Assembly (NCBI GenBank): GCA_024654525.1
Contig: JANLHI010000031.1
Coordinates: 18,774-82,773 of the forward strand
Direction of reading: 5' to 3'
DNA from: Patescibacteria group bacterium
Lineage (GTDB): Bacteria; Patescibacteriota; Minisyncoccia; UBA6257; 2-01-FULL-56-20
DNA length: 64,000 bases
Shown here: positions 54,657 to 64,000 of the stretch, piece after piece
How the letters are laid out: the number at the start of each line of letters is the position of its first letter
Numbering within the stretch: the first letter of the stretch is position 1
Made by a program: the position numbers and the translations under genes
The notes under the pieces: generated by a model
Seen by the model: only the letters and a program-made list of their open reading frames with translations
What the model was told of the DNA's origin: nothing
Databases searched by the model: none

Positions 54657-54745
54657 AAAAGTAAGTAATAATATATGACTGATAACTTATAACCGATAAT
54701 GGGCAATTTCGCAAGTCCATGGGTACTGCGGTGAGTGATTTGGCG

Positions 54746-55222
54746 TTATTCCATTTTCACCTTCAGTTTTTTCGATTTTTTCCGCACCAATTTCGGGAGT
54801 CGTATCGAAAGAATTCCATTTTTAAACTTCACATCCGCTTCTTCGGGGTTTATCTCTTGCGGAAGTATCACTGATCGGGAAAAACGTCCCCAATAGCATT
54901 CTCGGTAGAAATAATCCTCGTCGAGCACTTGTTGTTCTCGTTGTCGTGCTCCGCGGATGGTAACCGAGTCGTTGGTAACGTCAATATCAATATCATCCGG
55001 ATTAACGCCTGCGATGGTAGACTCGATGACTATTTCAGAGGGTGTTTGATATACATCAACAGTCAGCTGTCCTTCGGGTTCTTCGTCCTGAGAGGTTTTG
55101 GTTTTTATCGAACGAGATGTTGTTGTTCCTCCCGCTTTAGTGAGCTCCGCACTTATCTCCGGTGCCTGGACTATCTCCATATCGGCACGCTCTTCCCCGT
55201 TGTGTTTTATGTCGTCGGTCAT
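54746..55222 (-). CDS. Hsp20/alpha-crystallin family protein
   Basis: DVYQT, ECYWGRFSRSVILP, NGILSIRLPK. Confidence 0.93.
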   Translation of the reverse strand: MTDDIKHNGEERADMEIVQAPEISAELTKAGGTTTSRSIKTKTSQDEEPEGQLTVDVYQTPSEIVIESTIAGVNPDDIDIDVTNDSVTIRGARQREQQVLDEDYFYRECYWGRFSRSVILPQEINPEEADVKFKNGILSIRLPKLVRKKSKKLKVKME

Positions 55223-55254
55223 GGTTATGATAATATTTTTTTTCGTAAGGATTA

Positions 55255-55968
55255 TTACACCGCTTTTTTATTAAGACTTTCAAAGTCATTAAGCACAAAA
55301 AATCCTACAATGAGTACTAAGAGTACCGGATATGCAAACTCATCATGTATCAGTATAAGGTAATTGAAACATGCGTGCAATACGGTTGCAATCACCAACC
55401 CTCCCACAATAAAGCGTTTTGCATTGAATTCACGGATACTGATTGCCCAAAAATATCCCACTATTCCCGAGGTGAGCGTGTGAAGCAAGGTAGCTCCTAT
55501 AAAACGAAGGGAAAGAGTTTCAAATACATTCCCGAAAAAATTTATGTGGTAAGGAGAGATACCGTTCAGAACTCCTATGTTTTCGACAGTGGCGAATCCA
55601 AGTGCGGCAACCACAGTATAAATCATGGCATCTACGGGTTCGTCGAATGCGGGATTTTTATGTACGGACACGTATGCGGCGGTGAATTTTATGATTTCTT
55701 CTATTCCTGCGAAGATAATCAGTCCGATTGCGATGGTGATGAATGAAAAAATCTGCGGTGAGGAAGCGGGGGATAGTGTCTCAATAGGGATGAAAAGGGC
55801 ATTTACCAAGAGTTGTAATCCCAGCGCGATTATCGAGAACGCCGCGCCTACGATAAACGTCCAAAGTATTACTCGGCGAGGTTCGGGGTGTAAATCTTCG
55901 TGGAGATAAAACATTAACCATGCGAACGCGGGGATCATTCCGAAAAACAAAATGAGAAACGTTACCAT
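55255..55968 (-). CDS. prsW: PrsW family intramembrane protease
   Basis: EEIIK, ALGFATVEN, LHT, HACFN. Confidence 0.9.
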   Translation of the reverse strand: MVTFLILFFGMIPAFAWLMFYLHEDLHPEPRRVILWTFIVGAAFSIIALGLQLLVNALFIPIETLSPASSPQIFSFITIAIGLIIFAGIEEIIKFTAAYVSVHKNPAFDEPVDAMIYTVVAALGFATVENIGVLNGISPYHINFFGNVFETLSLRFIGATLLHTLTSGIVGYFWAISIREFNAKRFIVGGLVIATVLHACFNYLILIHDEFAYPVLLVLIVGFFVLNDFESLNKKAV

Positions 55969-58892
55969 GGTTTTGTCATGAGAAGGTTTTTAGGGTCTAT
56001 TTTCTCATAGATTGATTCGGTGATAAAAGGCATAAAAGGATGCAATATGATAAGTGAGTCCATAAGGATGGAGTTGAGTATATGGCGTGCAACTTCTGCC
56101 TTTTCTCGTGTGGTTTTGTTGGGAATCTTGTGGGGTTTTGCGGGTGTACCATCTTCGGCAAGCGGGGGGGTTACTTTCTGGAGTTTGGGTTTATAATGTT
56201 CGATGATCGTGTCTGCAAACGTGTGCCAGACATAGTGATATGCCTTTTCGGCGGCGAGGTGAACTTCAAACTTTTCGATATGTTTTCCGACTTCTGTTTT
56301 TATTTTCTTCGCTTCCGCAAGAAATTTTTTATCTGTTGCGGTGAATTTATATTTTTTTGGAATTTGATACGCGGGTGGGTGAGTGGAATCATGAATTTCC
56401 GTTTTATTTTGATACATCAAAATAAAACGCGCTATATTCCACAACTTTGTGGCAAAATTACGATAACCTCGAATTTTATCCTCGGAGATGAGTATATCGT
56501 TTCCGGCAGTGTTTCCCATGACGAGTGCCATGCGCACCGCGTCGGTGCCATATTCTTCGGCGACACCAAGCGGGTCGATTACGTTGCCTTTTGACTTTGA
56601 CATTTTTTGACGATCTTTATCACGTACAAGACCGTGGAGATATACGGTACGAAAGGGGACTTCTCCCGTGCGATAGAGTCCGAACATTATCATGCGTGCC
56701 ACCCAGAAGAAAAGAATGTCGTGTCCCGTTTCCATCACGCTTGTCGGATAAAATGTTTTGAGGTCTTTGCTTGTAGTAGGAATCCTTACTCCTTGTTCCT
56801 TATTCTTTGTTTCTTGAGACGCTAAAAGTGTTGCGAATGGCCATTGTCCTGAAGAAAACCATGTGTCGAATACGTCCGGGTCTTGTTCGTAAAGATCATT
56901 CTTGCATTTCAGGCAGGGATCAAGAATATCGAATTCGGTAAATCCTGACTTCTCGCTTTGACGAGCAATCATTTGCTCCATACTCCATTTTTTAGTGCGC
57001 TTGAGAATGGCGTGAATGGTTTCGATGTGCGTCACTATCACGATATTTTTATGTCGGTGCGTGGTACGGTGTTCGCGAAACGCACTCCATGTACGTTCCT
57101 CGAAATCTTTAAAACTTTCGCCTCCCGGCGGGGCTTTTTCGTATGACTGAAATATGTCTCCGTAGAGCGCGCGTCTTTCGGTGTGGTACATGCCCTGTGC
57201 GATTCCCACATTTCTTCCGCGGAGTTCTTGTGCGGGAATAATACGTGCGTTGGTGCCGTGCGCGATGATTTCCGCGGTGTGCCGTGCGCGGTGAAGATCG
57301 GAAGTGATAATTGCCTCAATTTTCCATGCGCGGAGTCGTGTGGCGAGGGTTCCTGCATAAGCAATGCCCGCGTTGTTTAAGGGGGGATTTGCATGTCCAT
57401 GCCCGCGTTCTTCCTTGTTCCAGTCCGTTTCGCCATGACGCACTAAAAACAATTTCGCTTTCGGAGTAGCGTTTACTTTTATTTCGCCACAAGAGGCGCA
57501 GAACCATGCAGGAATACGGATTCCCCACACGATTTGGCGTGAGATGTTCCAGTCGCGGATATTTTCCATCCAGTGAAGAAGTATCTTTTTTGCATGTGTC
57601 GGATGAAATTTCATTTTCCCCGATGTTGCCGCTTTGACCGCCATGTCACGGAGTGACACTCCGTGATGGTGGATTTTGTTCGCGGGCAGGCGGTTCGTTT
57701 TTTGAGCCTGTGTTTTTAGGGCGCGTGTCATTCGCACGAACCATTGTTTTTTGATTTGCGGTTCAATGAGTGTATTGCACTTATAGCATGCGCGAACTGT
57801 ATGGCGGTACGCTTCATCGGTACGCGCAAGAAGTCCTTTAAGTCGCAGTTTTTCCACAATCTTCGGGCGCGCCTCAAGTATTTTCATTCCTGCGAACTCG
57901 CCGGCAATAGGAAGGAGCCGTCCGCGTTCATCAATAACCTGTTCTTTATCGAGTCCGTGGCGCATGGCAATGTCAAAGTCTACGGTACTGTGCCATGGAG
58001 TGATAGTCATCACACCGCTCCCGAACTCCATATCCATTGCTTCATCCTTAATGATGGTTGCGGTAAGAGGACCGTTAATCCACTCAAGATGAAGTTGTTC
58101 GCCGTTTTTGTATTCTTTATATCGCGTATCATCCGGGTGCATTACCACGTACTTATCGCCGAATTTTGTTTCGGGACGCGCGGTGCCGATGGTGAAGGGT
58201 CCATAACGGAAATAATAGAACGAATCGGTGCGTTCTATGTCTTTAATCTCCAAATCGGAGAGGGAGGTTTGATGTTTCGGACACCAACTGATAATGCCGG
58301 CATCTCGTTCCACAAGCCCATCGCGATACATTTTTTCGAATGTGTCGTACACGATTCTTACAATATCGGGATCAAGAGTGAACTTTTCCCGTGACCAGTC
58401 GCATGAAGCGCCGAGTTTGCGAAGCTGGGATTCCATAACTTTCTTGTTCTGTTGGGTAAAGTCCCAGATTTCTTTCCAGAGCGTTTCCCTGTCCATCGCA
58501 AATCGGTTGCGCCCTTCTTTCTCGAGTTTCTTATCGAATACCACCTGGGTTTCGAAACCCGCGTGATCCGCACCCGGAAGCCAGAGCGTTTTCTTGCCTT
58601 TCATACGCGCATAGCGCGTCATAATGTCCTGAAGTGTCACAAACACCGCGTGCCCCAAATGAAGCGAGCCATTCGCGTTCGGAGGGGGCATGATAATCGT
58701 AAAAGGATCTTCTCTTTTTGCGGAAGAGGTAAGCTTGGAATTTTTAGTGAGGGATTTGCTTTTTTTTACTCCTCGCTCCTTATTCTTTGTCGCTAAGTTG
58801 TCCGGATTAAAATATCCCGATGACTCCCATTTTTTATAAATAGCGTCTTCAATCGCTTTATGATTATAGCGAGGGTCGAGTGGTTCGTGCAT
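55962..58892 (-). CDS. valS: Valyl-tRNA synthetase with inserted histidine-phosphatase domain
   Basis: PPPNANGSLHLGH, DWNISRQ, DTWFSS, KMSKS; internal LVRHGETDWN. Confidence 0.96.
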   Translation of the reverse strand: MHEPLDPRYNHKAIEDAIYKKWESSGYFNPDNLATKNKERGVKKSKSLTKNSKLTSSAKREDPFTIIMPPPNANGSLHLGHAVFVTLQDIMTRYARMKGKKTLWLPGADHAGFETQVVFDKKLEKEGRNRFAMDRETLWKEIWDFTQQNKKVMESQLRKLGASCDWSREKFTLDPDIVRIVYDTFEKMYRDGLVERDAGIISWCPKHQTSLSDLEIKDIERTDSFYYFRYGPFTIGTARPETKFGDKYVVMHPDDTRYKEYKNGEQLHLEWINGPLTATIIKDEAMDMEFGSGVMTITPWHSTVDFDIAMRHGLDKEQVIDERGRLLPIAGEFAGMKILEARPKIVEKLRLKGLLARTDEAYRHTVRACYKCNTLIEPQIKKQWFVRMTRALKTQAQKTNRLPANKIHHHGVSLRDMAVKAATSGKMKFHPTHAKKILLHWMENIRDWNISRQIVWGIRIPAWFCASCGEIKVNATPKAKLFLVRHGETDWNKEERGHGHANPPLNNAGIAYAGTLATRLRAWKIEAIITSDLHRARHTAEIIAHGTNARIIPAQELRGRNVGIAQGMYHTERRALYGDIFQSYEKAPPGGESFKDFEERTWSAFREHRTTHRHKNIVIVTHIETIHAILKRTKKWSMEQMIARQSEKSGFTEFDILDPCLKCKNDLYEQDPDVFDTWFSSGQWPFATLLASQETKNKEQGVRIPTTSKDLKTFYPTSVMETGHDILFFWVARMIMFGLYRTGEVPFRTVYLHGLVRDKDRQKMSKSKGNVIDPLGVAEEYGTDAVRMALVMGNTAGNDILISEDKIRGYRNFATKLWNIARFILMYQNKTEIHDSTHPPAYQIPKKYKFTATDKKFLAEAKKIKTEVGKHIEKFEVHLAAEKAYHYVWHTFADTIIEHYKPKLQKVTPPLAEDGTPAKPHKIPNKTTREKAEVARHILNSILMDSLIILHPFMPFITESIYEKIDPKNLLMTKPW

Positions 58893-58987
58893 ATTGCATA
58901 AATTTTACCATATAGAAGTGAGAAATTTGTGGTTATTTATATATCATGGAACATTTCTTAGAGTAAATTTCACACTATGCGCAGAAT

Positions 58988-59016
58988 TTGACAAGCTATA
59001 GTTTTGCTTGTATGAT
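58988..59016 (+). promoter_or_regulatory. sigma70 promoter
   Basis: TTGACA-17nt-TATGAT. Confidence 0.75.
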
Positions 59017-59188
59017 TTGCGCTAATGAATTTGCGTGCATCACGCGGATTTATGAAGCAGTTCGTTTACAATTGAAGGCGACTGTTTTGAAATAAATGTT
59101 TCTGTTGCAAGAATACACATCGGACATTGTGTAATGTTTTGGTGGGAGATTGTGTTTTTGCGATGGAACAAATTGGAGGAAAGTATTA

Positions 59189-59779
59189 ATGAAAGTGTTT
59201 AAATTGGATTCTTCGGGCGCGCAATTTGCGATTCCCGAAGTAATGGCGCGTGAGCGCCGTTACGCATTCTTTCATGGAGGAAGTCTTGAATGTGGGAAAT
59301 ATTGCTTGCGCTTGAGCAAGACAGACTTCCCCATCACTCAAAAGAACGGGTGGTACAAAGAGGAGTTCGCGCTCCTTCCTTCAAAACCACCTCAATGGGA
59401 TGAGGTGGGGAATGAACTTCGCGTGATGAAGAGAAGTAAACTTCCCCCTACGGGGGAATGCATTGTGTTGCTCAACACCACGAGCGTACAACACAGCAGA
59501 GGAGGAATGCTCCATTCATGGAACGCTGGCGTGAAGGTGTTGGGTAAGGGAGTAGATGTGAAGCCGATGCACGAAGGAAATAAGGCTGCACGAAAATCGG
59601 TGGAAATCGAATACCCAATCCTTGCGTGTTCTCATGGCGCAGAGTTTGCATGGGAGTGCGAGGGACGAGATTACCATGCACAATGGGATGGTGCCATATG
59701 GCAGGTAACGGAAGAAATACCGATGTTACCGATGCATGGCGAAAGCCACCTTGCAACACGGGGATTTCTCCGTTTCTAG
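59189..59779 (+). CDS. Hypothetical protein
   Basis: GGAGG before the ATG; own promoter and downstream hairpin (59842-59871). Confidence 0.7.
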   Translation: MKVFKLDSSGAQFAIPEVMARERRYAFFHGGSLECGKYCLRLSKTDFPITQKNGWYKEEFALLPSKPPQWDEVGNELRVMKRSKLPPTGECIVLLNTTSVQHSRGGMLHSWNAGVKVLGKGVDVKPMHEGNKAARKSVEIEYPILACSHGAEFAWECEGRDYHAQWDGAIWQVTEEIPMLPMHGESHLATRGFLRF

Positions 59780-59897
59780 GTCTGTGGTTTTCGGGGGTAC
59801 GGCTCCTTATGAGTCAAAAGGGAAAACAGCAAAATCTAAACTACGGCTCGGAACAACAATGTTCCGAGCCGTGTTACTTTTTTACCTCAAATCTCCA

Positions 59898-59937
59898 ATT
59901 GTCATAAATAAACGCCATGGCGTTTATTTATGACAAT
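59898..59937. repeat. Palindrome B, upstream copy
   Basis: Perfect 40-bp palindrome attgtcataaataaacgcca/tggcgtttatttatgacaat. Confidence 0.95.
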
Positions 59938-59958
59938 ATGATATGTTATCTTGTGTAT

Positions 59959-60513
59959 ATGCCGAGGGGTATCGGGAAGATTCAGAAAAAAGTATTGCTG
60001 TTGTTGCAAGGGGGTTTTGCGCTTGGACTTGCGAGTTCTCCTCAAAAACAACTCAAGGTTCTCAAAGGTATTAAGAAAGAATGGGATGCGATTGATAGAA
60101 GATCGCTCTATCAAACAATTCGGAGTCTCTATCGCAGTGAGTTGATTGATTTTCGAGATAGAGGAAAAGGAAGAGTGGACATGGTACTTACGAAGCAGGG
60201 AGCGCGTAGGGCATTGAGTTTTAACCTTGATACGCTCTCTATAAAGCGACCGATACGGTGGGATAAAAAGTGGAGAATTGTTTGTTTCGATATACCAAAA
60301 GAACAAAAAAGAGCACGGGACGCTTTGCGATCTCACTTGTTGCGTCTTGGATTTTATCCTTTCCAAAAAAGCATTTTCATATTTCCTTATTCTTGCAACG
60401 ACGAACTTGATTTTTTGATTGAGATTTACGAAGTGAGGGCGTATGTGCGGCAAATCGTTGCAGAAGAGATAGATAACGCACTACATCTCAAAACTATATT
60501 TCATATCTCCTAA
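59959..60513 (+). CDS. PaaX-like protein with Cas2-like C-terminal domain (paralog 2)
   Basis: WDKKWRIVCFDIPK...LLRLGF..FQKSIF; aligns over its full length with 23752-24321. Confidence 0.85.
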   Translation: MPRGIGKIQKKVLLLLQGGFALGLASSPQKQLKVLKGIKKEWDAIDRRSLYQTIRSLYRSELIDFRDRGKGRVDMVLTKQGARRALSFNLDTLSIKRPIRWDKKWRIVCFDIPKEQKRARDALRSHLLRLGFYPFQKSIFIFPYSCNDELDFLIEIYEVRAYVRQIVAEEIDNALHLKTIFHIS

Positions 60514-60541
60514 TATTTGCGTTGAAGATGTGGTGTGTATA

Positions 60542-60581
60542 CCTGTCATAAATAAACGCCATGGCGTTTATTTATGACAGG
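60542..60581. repeat. Palindrome B, downstream copy
   Basis: Perfect 40-bp palindrome; 36-bp core identical to the upstream copy. Confidence 0.95.
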
Positions 60582-60595
60582 GAGGTAGGATGGGT

Positions 60596-61732
60596 TTATA
60601 TATTCAGGTTTCCTTGCGCTTCCAGCCTATATTTCTTTCTGGGGGTTTTGCGGAGGATGGACATATATCCCGCAACGGCAATCATCGCGGCGTTGTCGGT
60701 GTTATATTCTTTTTCGGGAGCAATAAATTGCGTTCCGATTTTTTTTGCCTCGCGCTGAAGCATCTTACGAAGTGTTTTGTTCGAGGCGACGCCTCCGGAG
60801 AGCATTATGGATTTTGCGCCGAATTCCCTTGCGGCACGGATAGTTTTTTTGACAAGGACGTCAAGTGCGGCGGATTGGAAGGAAGCAGCGACATCGCGAA
60901 TTTTGAATGTGGGTTTATTCGATATTCCATATTCGATATTCCCTATTCCATTTTTTTTCTCCCGCAAAAAATAAAGCACTGCAGTTTTCAATCCCGAAAA
61001 GCTGAAGTCGTAGTTTTTTTGGTCGATCATGGGACGGGGAAATTCGATTGCACAGGGATTTCCTTGTGCGGAATGTTTTTCGATTTCCGGTCCGCCGGGG
61101 TAAGAAAATCCCAATATTCGCGCAACTTTATCGAACGCTTCTCCTACGGCATCATCGCGTGTTTCGCCGATCTTTTTCCAATGATACAAGTCTTTCACAA
61201 GGAGAAGAATGGTGTGTCCGCCGCTTACCAATAGCGAAATTGCGGGGAACATATCCGAATTACGAACAACGAATTTCGAATTCTGCTTTGGCAGAAGGAA
61301 ACTGTATACGTGTCCTTCTAAATGATTTGCTCCCACGAGCGGAACTTTCTTCCCACTCATTTCTTCGTACTCCTTTTGAAGTTTTTGCGCGAAGGTGATT
61401 CCCGTCCATAATGCCGGTTCGAGTCCGGGGCCCACGGTTACGGTGATAAGATTGATTGCGGGGAGTGGGAAATAAGGAGTAGGAACTAAAGTCTTCTTCT
61501 CCTTTTTTCCCGCTCCTTTTTCCTTAATCCTTTTCCACAGGAGCGGAAGGTTTTTGAGGTGTTCTCGCTTTGCCAGATTTGGTACCACACCGCCGAAGGG
61601 CGCGTGGATTTTGATTTGAGAGGAAACGATATTTTTGATGACACGAAAGTGGGGATTGTGGGGTGTCCCTTTCGCTTCTATCAATGCAAGCGATGTTTCA
61701 TCACAACTGGTTTCTATTCCGAGGATACGCAT
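60596..61732 (-). CDS. tsaD: tRNA N6-adenosine threonylcarbamoyltransferase with three insertions
   Basis: GIETSCDET, HLEGH, SGGHT, GEAFDK, FSFSGLKT, DNAAMI. Confidence 0.97.
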   Translation of the reverse strand: MRILGIETSCDETSLALIEAKGTPHNPHFRVIKNIVSSQIKIHAPFGGVVPNLAKREHLKNLPLLWKRIKEKGAGKKEKKTLVPTPYFPLPAINLITVTVGPGLEPALWTGITFAQKLQKEYEEMSGKKVPLVGANHLEGHVYSFLLPKQNSKFVVRNSDMFPAISLLVSGGHTILLLVKDLYHWKKIGETRDDAVGEAFDKVARILGFSYPGGPEIEKHSAQGNPCAIEFPRPMIDQKNYDFSFSGLKTAVLYFLREKKNGIGNIEYGISNKPTFKIRDVAASFQSAALDVLVKKTIRAAREFGAKSIMLSGGVASNKTLRKMLQREAKKIGTQFIAPEKEYNTDNAAMIAVAGYMSILRKTPRKKYRLEAQGNLNI

Positions 61733-61810
61733 GTTATTTGATAAAACGATTCAAAATATCCAAAACCGGAAATTATCACTCTTACCCCGTAGTTCCGCCG
61801 AAGTGGAGCG

Positions 61811-61840
61811 TTACGAGGTTTCTGTTCCGAAAATATGCAT
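61811..61840 (-). pseudogene. Degenerate duplicate of the tsaD N-terminus
   Basis: MHIFGTETS* versus MRILGIETSC. Confidence 0.65.
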
Positions 61841-61871
61841 GAAACCTATAACCGATGTAAGTTATAAGTCA

Positions 61872-62135
61872 TCAGTTATTGGTTACTTGCGGTGTTTCAT
61901 CCGCCAATATTCGCGTGGTGTTTTCCGCAGTTACTTCAATAAATCCTTTTCCTGTCGGAATATAGTGGTCATTATGTTCAGTGTCAATAATTTTTAGGAT
62001 GCCGGGTTTAAAGGTCGCAATAAGCGGTTCATGTTGGTCGAGGACGGTAATTTCACCGCCATCAGTCGCACATGTTACCGATAAGGCATCACCTTCAAAA
62101 AGAATTTCTTTAAGAGAATATACAGAAAGTTTCAT
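61872..62135 (-). CDS. atpC: ATP synthase epsilon (N-terminal domain only)
   Basis: GEITVLDQHEPLI, GFIEV; position after atpD. Confidence 0.9.
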   Translation of the reverse strand: MKLSVYSLKEILFEGDALSVTCATDGGEITVLDQHEPLIATFKPGILKIIDTEHNDHYIPTGKGFIEVTAENTTRILADETPQVTNN

Positions 62136-62151
62136 GCTGTTTTCTATAGTG

Positions 62152-64000
<1,849 letters not shown>

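Noticed and set aside
59900..60579. 36-bp direct repeats beside a Cas2-like gene as a CRISPR array
   Set aside because: Only two copies, about 640 bp apart and enclosing the gene; no spacers, cas1 or effector.

Overview
64 kb of a small-genome bacterium. The gene set and protein families point to Patescibacteria/CPR (Parcubacteria-like), and TGA behaves as a stop codon. The window is mostly housekeeping: a 23S-5S rRNA unit with no linked 16S, a fused rpoB-rpoC, ribosomal protein clusters, four aminoacyl-tRNA synthetases, gatB, miaA, tsaD, dnaG-rpoD, lepA, part of the atp operon, cell-envelope genes and two tRNAs. Overlaid on this is a dense layer of palindromic and short-period repeat elements. 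(1) Two paralogous PaaX/Cas2-like genes are each bracketed by two copies of their own specific palindrome. (2) rplK is nested between an ~85-nt inverted repeat and diverged duplicates of its own N- and C-terminal codons; tsaD has a similar duplicated N-terminus. (3) Hairpins built from 7-nt repeats are inserted at about eight sites of the 23S gene and in frame in many essential proteins. (4) ValRS carries an inserted histidine-phosphatase domain, and several core proteins have lost terminal domains. All calls come from reading motifs by eye; no database searches were run, so novelty is unverified.
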